A stretch of 63,624 nucleotides of DNA, counting the filler, from Octopus bimaculoides (Eukaryota): the NCBI RefSeq assembly GCF_001194135.2. It is 9 parts of 8 records of this genome, joined end to end, with 100 filler letters (N's around TTAATTAATTAA, not from the genome) between each part and the next. Parts side by side here need not be neighbours in the genome. Positions count along the whole stretch, not along the records: positions 45,822 to 53,084 come from NC_068987.1; positions 53,185 to 59,253 come from NC_068981.1; positions 59,354 to 62,459 come from NW_026308203.1; 6 more parts are not named here. One strand, 5' to 3'. Shown here one piece after another: positions 50,106-62,369 of the stretch. A program made the position numbers and the translations under genes. Within the stretch, counting starts at the first letter, position 1, and the number at the start of each line of letters is the position of its first letter. Under the pieces are notes generated by a model. That model was given only the letters and a program-made list of their open reading frames with translations. It did no database searches and was not told where the DNA came from.

Positions 50106-52487
50106 ATGGTGGAAAAGTGTGTAGGTGAAATAACAAAGACAGAGAAAAAGAGAGAGAAAACACAGAGAGAGAAAAAGAGAGAGAGGGAGAGAGAGTAGAA
50201 TTGGCGAAAACAGAAGAGGAAAACAGAACTTGGTGGAGGTAGAGGGAAATGCCGTGGAAACGAACTAATAATCTAAGCAAACAGTGTAACAGTGTAAGAT
50301 AAATGACACAAGAGACGTGGACAGAGTCTGGCAAAGAAGGTTCTGGTGAATGCATCAATTATGATCAGCAGAATCAGCAAAACAGTGCAATTTCAATAAT
50401 TGTTTCCTACAACTTGCCTAGTCATTGGAGACCATAAAACCATTAACGTTACATATGAACTTAGCAAAAACCTGTAGGCGACAGAGTCTTGTTGCTGTAG
50501 TATAAATTCTTCATGTTGTTTCTGCTGTTGTGTAGTTTCTTGTTGTTGTTGTGTTTATTAATGCTGGTGTTGTTGTTGTTGTTGTTGTTAGACTGGTGAA
50601 ATGTACAATATTAAGTTACCGGTGTAACTGTGCCGTCAAAAATGACGGCATTTTAAAAGAACTAAGCTGAACATAGTATATGATATATGCCTCGACATAA
50701 CACAATTTCCATATATTTGACATAAACTTGTTTCGTGAGAATAATTAAATTCTTTAGAGAAAATACTTTGAAAGATTGGATCTGAAGGAAACTAAATATG
50801 CGGTTATGTTTTATGCATGCGGATTTGCCATTTTACTGAGGTTAAAACAATAAAATCTTTCCCTATATTATATTATTAATTCAATGGTGAACTTACGCCG
50901 TCAAACTTGACAGCGATTCACATATACATATGGGCTTCAAGTTTTGGGACAAGGGCAGCAATTTCATGGAAGGAATAATCAGATTACATCGATCCCTGTG
51001 GTCAACAGGCGTTTAAGTTTTTAGCTGAATGGTTATAAAGTCTCTCTTGGTTTACAACGGAAATGTTACATACCATTATATAAACGTGATGTGTTTTAAC
51101 TGCCAGAAATAATACAAGAAACAAATTTTAAAACAGTGAGACTTTATTTCTCTGCTAAATTATACAGTGGACCAATTAAACACTTCACGGATTCTGGAGG
51201 TTGTATAGTTCATCCTTCAATTGAATAATTCAGCTCTGGCCGTCGTTGGTTACAATAGCTTCGTTATAACAGCAGGAAAATATCATGACTCGTCCTCCTG
51301 GAATCCTCTCATCTCTTTATCATAGAGATTTTTTTAAGGCTATATATAGAGAGATGTGGGCTCTCAGTGGCTGTTCAGGTTAGTTATTTAGAAAGTATTA
51401 CCCACAGTGCAATATTTGACTAACCAAAGAACAGGACTCAACCAAATGTTCCAAGCTCACATGATAGGTCAAACGACCAATCATTAAACGTGAGGAGCCT
51501 ATAAAGGGCTAGTCGTCTCCAAAATGTCATAATAGATAAGGGTCGCTCTACAATCTTATCGACTCCAGGAAGATGAAAGGCGAAGTCGAACCCGATGGCA
51601 TTTGCACTCATAAAGTAAAGATGGAAGTATCAGCTGAGCACGGGGTCGATTTAATTGATGAACCCTCTCCTTCGAACTTTCTGGCTTTCTGCCAGACTTT
51701 GAAACCATTATTTCAGGAGGAGTAGGGCATAATTTGAGAAATATTCTGCTGCTACTGTTAACACCGAAATCTTCATCATTCACTATTGAAGTATTAATTG
51801 TTGTTGTTATTGCTATTGCTGCTGCTGCTGCTGTTGTTTGTCTCTCGGCTTATCGCTGAAAGAGCAAACTTATAGTCATATTCCAGTTAAAACCTTTCTC
51901 CTTTCTTAAAAAAAGAAAAAAATATGCAGGGAATCTACGGTCATACTGTCCAATGAGACAATGCTTAAGAGAGGCTGAGATGTGATTTGAGAGAAATTTG
52001 GCTGTTATTTCTAAGATTTACAGTGAACACATATAGATACCATGTCGTCTCATGTAGAGCAAGCAACACAGGAAAATATGTAGAAACTGTAAAACAGCTT
52101 TGTGAGAAAGGGCTGAGAGAGCGAAGATTGTCTTTTTTCTTTGTATTGTATAAAGTAATACGTAAATAATTCGTATCTCTGTTAACTTAATTTCTGCACC
52201 TGTAAGACATTCACGGCATTGTATCATTTTTCCCTTCTGCGATAGTTTAGTTTCTCTGTCAGGCATCCAATGAAGGTATCAGACTTGTCAAACTGTCATG
52301 TTATTATTATCGTTATTATTGTTGCTTCAGCTGTCTTTGTTCTTTGCTATTTTTACTATGGATGTTATTACTTGTTTTACAACCTGTCTCTCTACAGTTT
52401 CCGCAACCGTTGCCTTTGTTCCAATGATAAAAGGAGGTTTATCATTATTATTATTATTAATATTATCATCATCATCGTCGTCGTCGC

Positions 52488-52518
<31 letters not shown>

Positions 52519-52612
52519 GTCGTAGTCGGCATCATCATCATCATCACCATCATCATCTTCATCATCATCATCATCATCATCTTTATCATCATCAACGATA
52601 TCATTATTATTG

Positions 52613-52707
52613 TTCAGTAGTTTTATTTTTATAACGTGCTTTCACTTCACTACCGAGCGCAGCTCTGTGTGCCTTGGGTATGTGCTGTGGTTTGCTGTGA
52701 TGCTCTT
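52613..52707 (-). mobile_element. Dong/R4 3'-end-only copy
   Basis: Near-identical to 30851-30945 (tcagtagttttatttttataa...cgcagctctgtgtgccttgggtatgtgctgtggtttgctgtgatgctctt); embedded in TTA/TAC repeats. Confidence 0.88.
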
Positions 52708-52740
52708 TATTACTACTACTACTACTACTATTATTATTAT

Positions 52741-52796
<56 letters not shown>

Positions 52797-53282
52797 TTAT
52801 TATTATTATTATTATTATTATTATGTTGTTTTCTTCCTTCTTTCTTCAAATTTTCTTCCATTTCTCGCCGAGTGTTTTCAGTACACCTAGGGCAGAGAAA
52901 CTCGTTGTATGCAATCCCAGTTTACATACGCAAATTCACAGGTAAAACATGTATTAAAAAAAAAATCATGAATGGATGTTGTTTTCACAGCGATAATGCT
53001 CTTCTCAGTACATGAGTCGTTCCAGTTAGCACGATTTTTTGCACTTCCTGTAGGGATGGTAAGCCTGGTATCATTTTCAAATAGNNNNNNNNNNNNNNNN
53101 NNNNNNNNNNNNNNNNNNNNNNNNNNNNTTAATTAATTAANNNNNNNNNNNNNNNNNNNNNNNNNNNNNNNNNNNNNNNNNNNNTATATATATACGAGAC
53201 TATCTGTGACCCGTTGGGTCACCTGGAAAGTCTAAGTTTCCCAGCAATGGAGTTCTGTTTCGTGTATTTTTTTCTTTTCCAG

Positions 53283-53398
53283 GTTATTTCGCATGCTTTC
53301 AACGAATGTGATATCGAAATCACGCATAAACGGTTCCTTTCCTCGGAAAAGGAAAGATTTGACTGCTGTTTCTTGTACGCCCTGCGACCACGTAACAG
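53283..53398 (+). other. Candidate exon of unknown gene
   Basis: Strong tttttttcttttccag acceptor, CAG|gtattt donor, CpG-rich, two open frames; no recognisable domain. Confidence 0.25.
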
Positions 53399-54254
53399 GT
53401 ATTTCAAGTCCTTTATCGCAAATAGCTCTTACGTGGTAGCAGGGCATGCTAGAAATAGCAGTCAAATCTTTGGAGCTGAGATACATTGAATGCACTTGAA
53501 AAACTTTTGTAATGGTAACGGCGGTGCATCAGCATGGCCGCAGCTCTCAGCTAAAATTATAGAAAAAAAAGAAAAAAAAAAGAAGATGGTATTCTCTTGG
53601 GGTGATCTTTCGCTTTGACTCTCAGAACTGTCATCCGGATCAGCTGGTTTTGTTTCTTAATTTCCGTTCAATTTTTTATTTAATTACTTTTGTTTTAAAG
53701 TGAGAGGAGAAAGCGAAAGATGTATGAACGTGTATATGAAATGGACGTGTGTGTGTGAGAGAGAGAGAGTGCCACTTACACATACATGAGAACACACACG
53801 TTCACTCTCTCCCTCTCTCACACACGCACACATGCACACGTACATACAAAAAAAGATGTACGCATATGTGTTGATGTATGTACGTATACATGACAACGCA
53901 CCTCTTCACTCTCTCTCTCTCTTTTTCTCTCTCTCTCTTTTTCTCTCTCTCTCTTTTTCTCNNNNNNNNNNGTACAAACAATTTACATTTTTGAAATCAC
54001 ATTCAGTTAAAAATATTTCTAAATGGTTAAAATATCGTGTACGTCTCCATCTCACGTTGACAAAAAGTGCACAGGTTGCTTTCGGCCAATTTAATCTTGA
54101 ATAGTAGAGAATTAGTTGCTAGAATATTGTGTACAATTCTGAACTGGAACCATCGTAGTTTAGTATCTGTTGTTGTCTTTATAGGTGGTAAAAAATATTT
54201 TTTCCCATTTCATTTCAGCAAGTATACACTCTTCCCATTTGTGTTTGAATATTA

Positions 54255-55110
54255 AACAAGCATCAACATTGTTTAAAACATAGTCGTATCGTTTGGCTTC
54301 TTTCTTAACGGACATGAGCTTTCGGATAGCTGTATTATCCTCTAAATGTTGAAAAGCAGTAGGTCTGCTTGTTTTTCACTTTGTTTGGTAGCTTTTAATG
54401 GCCCTGATAAGCCCATTATACTGGAGAAAATTTGTATCTAGGTTTTAAAAATTGTGGAATTCTTCCAGGGTGTGGTAAGATCCATCTAAATTGATAAAGT
54501 CACGAATCTAGCTAACACCTCTCTCAAACCACACAGGGAAAAAGATTGCCTCTTTACCGACACTTAAGTGTTTATTAAATTAAATTGGTTCTGTTATGAA
54601 TTCATCAGATGAATTAGGCTCTGTCTTAGTTGTAAACTTGTCAAAGGCAGAAATACAATCATGCCAAAAATCATTCCTTTCCTGGTATTGTGAGTGTGTA
54701 CAGGTCTTCTGGCAACGCTTCTTAGATTTGCTGTATGAAAAGTGCATACATGTTCGGAACATGAAACTTGACCCACAGTTCATTCTGCTCGGGTTGAGAA
54801 AAAACACATATACTGATGGCATCTTTGACTTATTAGCAAAATTTTTAATATATAAAAGAAAAGTGTCAAAAACCACTCTCAATTTCAAACATTTTAGATA
54901 CTTTGTGCACGACAGATATCTAATTGAAAAAAAAAAAAAAATCCCAAATCATACAATGAAAGTTAACAAGAAGAATTTTATAAAAAGTGGAGGCTCTACC
55001 ATGAGTCTGCAAACGCATGGTAGTCCTCTAATGTTACTTCTTGTATAACTGCATCAAGATTTTATGAATGATTGACGAGTGAATGTGTAGTAGTATGTAC
55101 TCTATTTTAT
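54255..55110. mobile_element. Tx1/L1-clade LINE ORF2 3' fragment with 5' inversion
   Basis: Minus 54680 to 54255: NDFWHDC...DEFITEPI*FNKH...WFERGV..IRDFINLDGS...NFLQYNGLIRAIKSY. Plus 54680 to about 55050: WYCECVQVFWQ...FILLG...DLLAKFLIYKRK. Confidence 0.8.
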
Positions 55111-56030
55111 TTTATTCTATTTACTTATTTTTTATTCCTTCTTTTCTCTCCCTTCTCTTTGTTATTTATTTATTTATTATATATTTTTTATTTTTGGTTT
55201 CTCTTTTTCTTTCTTTTCAAANNNNNNNNNNNNNNNNNNNNNNNNNNNNNNNNNNNNNNNNNNNNNNNNNNNNNNNNNNNNNNNNNNNNNNNNNNNNNNN
55301 NNNNNNNNNNNNNNNNNNNNNNNNNNNNNNNNNNNNNNNNNNNNNNNNNNNNNNNNNNNNNNNNNNNNNNNNNNNNNNNNNNNNNNNNNNNNNNNNNNNN
55401 NNNNNNNNNNNNNNNNNNNNNNNNNNNNNNNNNNNNNNNNNNNNNNNNNNNNNNNNNNNNNNNNNNNNNNNNNNNNNNNNNNNNNNNNNNNNNNNNNNNN
55501 NNNNNNNNNNNNNNNNNNNNNNNNNNNNNNNNNNNNNNNNNNNNNNNNNNNNNNNNNNNNNNNNNNNNNNNNNNNNNNNNNNNNNNNNNNNNNNNNNNNN
55601 NNNNNNNNNNNNNNNNNNNNNNNNNNNNNNNNNNNNNNNNNNNNNNNNNNNNNNNNNNNNNNNNNNNNNNNNNNNNNNNNNNNNNNNNNNNNNNNNNNNN
55701 NNNNNNNNNNNNNNNNNNNNNNNNNNNNNNNNNNNNNNNNNNNNNNNNNNNNNNNNNNNNNNNNNNNNNNNNNNNNNNNNNNNNNNNNNNNNNNNNNNNN
55801 NNNNNNNNNNNNNNNNNNNNNNNNNNNNNNNNNNNNNNNNNNNNNNNNNNNNNNNNNNNNNNNNNNNNNNNNNNNNNNNNNNNNNNNNNNNNNNNNNNNN
55901 NNNNNNNNNNNNNNNNNNNNNNNNNNNNNNNNNNNNNNNNNNNNNNNNNNNNNNNNNNNNNNNNNNNNNNNNNNNNNNNNNNNNNNNNNNNNNNNNNNNN
56001 NNNNNNNNNNNNNNNNNNNNTATATATCTA

Positions 56031-56643
56031 ATACAAAAATGGGACAAGAACGCAAAACATCCAGACAGTTAGGTGATACAAAAAGGGACAACAAAACGTC
56101 CAAACAGACGATACAAAGAAACCAAGGACGGGTCATTCGGAGATTTTTATCCTCAGTCGAGTTCCGCCTCTCACTTTTTCTCGCCCCTCCTTAATTCATC
56201 TATCCCTCTGCCTCTACCTCTCTCTCTTCTCTCCCCACGTTACTTGTGTTCGGCCAGGCCTGACCTTTCATTCTTGGTTCGACTACCATTCGTGCAACAT
56301 CTATATTCCTCCCTGTGCTTGTTAAATCTTATGTCCCTGCCGTAAGGCCTTACTTCCACACACGCCAGCTTAATTTAATTCGTCCTTAGTCGAAAGACAC
56401 CTGTTGTTATGTCCTGTTAATTGCATTTGTATTTGTGTATTTCGTATACATTCGGTGCTTTCTTCCAAGGAATCCAATGCTCTTGGCTTATTTCTTCCTT
56501 GGGGCTGGCCAGATTGGAGCAATCTCGAGTATAACCAGCCGAACTTGCAAAGATAATCTGGAACTCGACTGAGGATAGAAAACTCCGAATGACCCGTCCT
56601 TCTTTTCCTTGTATCGTCTGTCTGGATGTTTTGTTGTCCCTTT
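56031..56643. mobile_element. Non-autonomous element with roughly 84-bp terminal inverted repeats
   Basis: 56082-56165 is the reverse complement of 56560-56643; a partial extra copy of the terminus lies at 56041-56067; ends at (TA)n. Confidence 0.7.
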
Positions 56644-56763
56644 ATATATATATATATATATATACATACATACAGACACACACATATGTTGGAGTCGTCT
56701 AAAAGACCATATTTGAGGGAGAAGATGCACTCGTATAACTGTTAGTAGAGTGGATATATTATC

Positions 56764-57006
56764 CGATTTTTATAGTATTAAGTAGCCATCACAGTTGGTC
56801 TTACAATTCTATAACTACGCTCGTCAGAGGTAGCCGACATGGAAGGGAACATGGCAAGCAAGCAATTGCCATATTCACGTCCATGTCGGCTACCTCTGAT
56901 GAGCGTATTTATAGAATTGTTTTGTTGCCTAACACTCAATCGTATTGTTTGCGCGAAACCGATTGGTAAGGCCAACTGTGATGGATACTTGATACTATAA
57001 AATTCG
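56764..57006. repeat. Inverted repeat (80-bp left arm, 127-bp right arm) containing a hammerhead
   Basis: 56764-56843 is the reverse complement of 56880-57006 apart from 47 extra nt (56920-56966) in the right arm. Confidence 0.9.
56888..56973 (+). ncRNA. Type I hammerhead ribozyme candidate with intact catalytic core
   Basis: CCT(56893-95), CTGATGA(56896-902), GCG...CGC(56952-54), GAAA(56955-58), stem III ACC[GATT]GGT, GTA cleavage triplet (after 56968), AGG pairing with CCT. Confidence 0.65.
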
Positions 57007-57252
57007 AATAATTCACACACACACACGCGCACGCGCGCACACACACACATACATCTTTGAAAAAAAAAACGGAATAGAAATGGTTTTTCTGATAGTTATT
57101 CCACTTTACCAATTAGGTGTTTATAAGATATTAGGTGTTTACACCTAATTTATAAAAATCTAATTATTAAAGTGGGAAAATTATCAGAAACGCCATTTCT
57201 ATTTATTTTTCTCACAATATAATACTGTACCAAAGACTTTCTATTTCTTATT

Positions 57253-57322
<70 letters not shown>

Positions 57323-57469
57323 ACATACACATTCATACACATATTCACACGTCTAAAATATACGACATACAAGAGAAAAATCAAGTGTTGTAGCTTACTG
57401 ACCAAGAAGATATTTGCGCATGCGCAGTACACACGCACATGCATGTACATACCTGCATACATACACACA

Positions 57470-57502
<33 letters not shown>

Positions 57503-57574
57503 GCTTACACACATACATGCATGCACGTAAACTCATGCACACACAATTGCACATAGACACACCTTCAAGGACTT

Positions 57575-57654
<80 letters not shown>

Positions 57655-58789
57655 NNNNNNNNNNNNNNNNNNNNNNNNNNNNNNNNNNNNNNNNNNNNNN
57701 NNNNNNNNNNNNNNNNNNNNNNNNNNNNNNNNNNNNNNNNNNNNNNNNNNNNNNNNNNNNNNNNNNNNNNNNNNNNNNNNNNNNNNNNNNNNNNNNNNNN
57801 NNNNNNNNNNNNNNNNNNNNNNNNNNNNNNNNNNNNNNNNNNNNNNNNNNNNNNNNNNNNNNNNNNNNNNNNNNNNNNNNNNNNNNNNNNNNNNNNNNNN
57901 NNNNNNNNNNNNNNNNNNNNNNNNNNNNNNNNNNNNNNNNNNNNNATATTATACGTTCAACAAGTGAAACTTCCGCCCTCAGAGTCACATTTATAAAGTA
58001 ATATGAGTAAGTGCTTCAATGACTTCCAGTGGACAACAAAAAACTCGTCCTGTCAACACTCAGGTCGCCTCATACAGTTTGAAACTTAATTCTGTTTTTC
58101 ATTTATTCCATCATTTTGGAGTTGAGAGAATTTATTTTTTAATTAAACAATTGGAATATAAAAGAAAGAGAAAAATATCTTAAAAACGATGCCAATATGA
58201 GAAAATAAATCGAAAAAGAATCGTCAGTTATAATATGTAGAAATTTCAAAAGAGAATGATTATCTAACGAAGAAAATTCTTCGAAGTTTTTCTAAATAAT
58301 TTCAAAATACCAAAATCAAAAGGAATATCTTCATTAACAGAATAAATATCTTTATTCTTGTAAGGATCTCTATAGTGTTTCTGAACTTGACGCAAAGATA
58401 TATTTAACGTTTCTGAATGACAGGACTTCTATGTGGTGCTTTGACCTGCTAGAAATAGACATCAGATCTTCCAATGTAGTCCTGGATATACTATATCTGA
58501 AAATCAAGATGGGATGGTCACGACTGGGGAGTCTTTGACCATAGATTTGCTGGATCAAGGCTGACCAGGGGCTGAATAACAACGACTACAGCTACTTTCA
58601 CCACTACATCAATAATATTAGAGAAAAACCAGGCGAAAGAAAGAAAGGACAGCAACCTAAACTTTGTGAATTGTTTCTATTCAATTGAACTTGAAGACGT
58701 CATTAGATTGGAATTTGTAAGTATCGATTTATGCCAAACGATTGATTTGATGTACACATAAAACAGGCACAGGAGAGGAGTAAAGAATA

Positions 58790-58828
<39 letters not shown>

Positions 58829-59122
58829 AAAGGGAGAGAGAGAGAGAGGAAGAGAGAGAGAGAGAGGAAGAGAGAGAAGAAGAGAGGAAGAGAGAGAAGA
58901 AGAGAGAAGAGAGAGAAGAAGAGAGAAGAGAGAGAAGAAGAGAGAAGAGAGAGAGAAGAAGAGAGAAGAGAGAGAAGAAGAGAGAAGAGAGAGAAGCAGG
59001 CTGTATGGGGCTTTATCGACCTCGATAGGACGAAGAGCAATGTTGGTTTCCGTGGGATTGTTTAGAAAATCGGAACAAATATATTCGGGGATGCTCTAAT
59101 CACTTTACACACACACACACAC

Positions 59123-59191
<69 letters not shown>

Positions 59192-59192
59192 C

Positions 59193-59244
<52 letters not shown>

Positions 59245-59353
59245 ATCTATCTANNNNNNNNNNNNNNNNNNNNNNNNNNNNNNNNNNNNNNNNNNNNTTA
59301 ATTAATTAANNNNNNNNNNNNNNNNNNNNNNNNNNNNNNNNNNNNNNNNNNNN

Positions 59354-59387
<34 letters not shown>

Positions 59388-60204
59388 TTGTTATCATCAT
59401 CTGTTTATCTCACTAAAGCTTTTGCTGTTTGGGAACAAAAATATTTCTCTCTCCAGTTCAGTCTCATATCGTTTGTTACTTAGGAGTGTATACAAGTTTT
59501 ACCAATTCCAAAACTGACCAAATCCAGTCTCTTAAACTTTGGCTGATTGACATGACTGTTACTGTTGTTTCCAGCAATAATTTTTTGTATTTTATACATA
59601 AATATTCTTCAACATCTTGAGGCTTAATGGCATAACGTATTCTATACTATAGATATTTTACTAGAGTTTAAAGATTGTTTGTGTGTATATATGTCTTTAT
59701 ATTTATGTGTGTTTAATGCTGAATGTTTACTGAAGGTGAAAAATCTTCATTAAATTTTTCATATGGTTTCTCAAATACCATAAGTTTAAAAGAAATTATT
59801 ATATTATAAAATTTATATGTACTCTCCAATTAGTATTTTTTTAAAGATGCTACTTAATAGTCAAAACAATTAAAGTAGGAAACATTATTTTAGAAAAAAA
59901 ACATTATACATAACCACAAATACACATACGAACACACACATAGATATATATGTATTATGATGTATGTATACAGAGTTTAATTTAATGAATTGAATTATGT
60001 TTTTTGATTTTGATATTTTTTCTCTCCAATAATTTTAGAACAGTTCTTTAATAATTTATTTATCATGGAAAATTTATTATGATTACGATTATTATTATTA
60101 TTTAATAAATTTCAAAATTACTTGAATATATTGCCCAGAAATTAATATCGTTTCTGTCGTCAATGTTATCATTATTAGTATTATTATTATTACTATTATT
60201 ATTT

Positions 60205-60426
60205 AGATGGTGAGCTGACAGAATCATTATCTCATCTGAAGAAATGCTTAGTGACATTTCTTCTGGCTTTTTATATTCTAAGTTCAAATACTAGCAAGGT
60301 CAGCTTTGCCTTTCATCTTTTCAGAGTCGATAAAATAAAGACCCATTTATTTGCTGGTACTAACATAATCGACCCAAAACTCAACCCTTAAAATTGCTGA
60401 TCTTGTGCTAAAATTAGAAATTATTA

Positions 60427-60463
<37 letters not shown>

Positions 60464-60660
60464 GGCAGTGAGCTGGCAGAATCGTTAGCACGCCGGGCGA
60501 AAAGGTTAGTAATATTTCGTCTGTCATCACGTTCTGTGTTCAAATTCTGCCGAGGTCTACGTTCAGGGTCGATAATAAAGTACCAGTGAAACACTGGGGT
60601 CAATGTAATTGACTAGTCCCTTCACCCAAAATTTCAGGCCTTGTGCCTATAACAGAAAGG

Positions 60661-60705
<45 letters not shown>

Positions 60706-60980
60706 TGTTGGGTTTATAGTAAACATCATGATGTTGAAAATATTTGGCTGTATAATTCCTTGCTACAAGCTGGCAGAATTGTTAGCATGCCAGGCAAAAT
60801 GCTTTGTGGCATTTTGTCTTCGTGTTCTGAGTTCAAATTCTGCCAAAGTCAACTTTATCAATCCTTTCAGTGTTGATAAAATAAATACCAACTGAACACT
60901 GGGGTCAATGTAATCAACTTACCCTCCACCCCTACCCACCCAGGAAATCACTGGCCATTTGCCAAAATTTGTAACTTTGA
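60205..60980 (+). mobile_element. Chain of three SINE family B copies separated by (ATT)n
   Basis: Copies start at about 60205, 60462 and 60765. Confidence 0.88.
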
Positions 60981-61272
60981 AAATTTTTATTATTCCTTGC
61001 TACTTGAATAATTTATCTTCAATGCTATGCTATGCTATGCTATGCTTAGATATATGTAGAGGCACAGTGGCAGGGTGGTTAAAATGCTTAGCTACTTTAC
61101 TCTGAATCATGAGTTCAAATTCTGCCTCAGAAAATAAAATTTNNNNNNNNNNNNNNNNNNNNNNNNNNNNNNNNNNNAAAAAAATGAAGATATTTTTTTC
61201 TTGAGGAAAATTAACAGTTAACAAGGACTTGACTTTGTAGATAAAAATGTTCAGTTCCAGATACTCCACTTC

Positions 61273-61307
61273 TCATAATCCTTCCAGTTGTTGCTCATCT
61301 TCCTCCC
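61273..61307 (-). CDS. Candidate terminal coding exon (GEEDEQQLEGL*) of an unidentified gene
   Basis: T-rich tract plus aacag acceptor; phase-compatible with the candidate exon at 62333-62369. No homology recognised. Confidence 0.25.
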
Positions 61308-62332
61308 CTGTTTCAAACAAATAAATAAAAATAATAAAAATTAAAAACAAAAACAAACAAACAACCAATCACATGTTACTGCCTACATAAATGAGAGACA
61401 GATGTGAAGTCTGAAACCAAAATCCAGCATACTATGTCCATTAATCAACATCATCACCATTATTATCATCGTCATCATCATCATTATCATCATCAGTGTT
61501 GGCATCTTTGTGATTATCATTAACATCTTCATCATTGGCATCACCGCCACTACTACTATGACCAAAATGACCAGAAATTTAAGTGGTTATTAAGTGTGTG
61601 TGTGTACACCCATTTATATAAATGAAGTGTGTATATATGTATACATATATATCTATATCTGTATATATAGATGTATACACACACACACACGTGTATCTGT
61701 GTGTGTGTATGTATATATATATATACATACAAACATTCATACATACACACACACATATACATACATACATATATATATATATGATATGTAGATATAAGTA
61801 TGTTTGTATGTAAGTACATATCTGGTAAACTCTGTCATCAATTCGCTGTTTTTTTTTTGTTTTTTGTTTTTTTTTCAATAAAATAGTTTTTAACTACTAA
61901 TGGTGAGATACTATGAATATATTTTCTTGGTAAACTTTCCTCGTGGTAAACTTTCTTCACGGTCAATTGATGGCAGTGAACTTACCTTTAATCATGTAAG
62001 TATATGTGTGTATGTACATATGTATGTATGTATGTATGAAGGTATGTAGGTATGTATGTATGAGTGTATGCATATATATATATTAACTTTATTCAATTGT
62101 AATTCAGTCTGAACAAATATTGGCCCATTAGAGGAGCCACTCAATAAATAAATAAATGAATGCCACACTCACACTGAAGTGAATAGTAATCAGCTCTGTC
62201 CAAAATATGCTTTGTGACCCAAGCAAATTTTCCATTACATTATTATCTTGCTTAGTAAACATTTTTTTATATATATTACTTCTTAAATGTTGTTGTTTTT
62301 GTTTGTTTTTTTTTCTAAATTTTAATTTTTAC

Positions 62333-62369
62333 CTGGAAATTTGAAGGACGTTGTTCTTATATATCTCTT
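62333..62369 (-). CDS. Candidate 37-nt internal exon (KRYIRTTSFKFP, phase 0-1)
   Basis: tttatttcag acceptor, CAG|gtaaaa donor; joins 61307 in frame. Confidence 0.28.

Noticed and set aside
61220-61275. EVEYLELN resemblance to the TYMS N-terminus (EE.QYL.L)
   Set aside because: Preceded by a stop and not followed by DRTGTGT.
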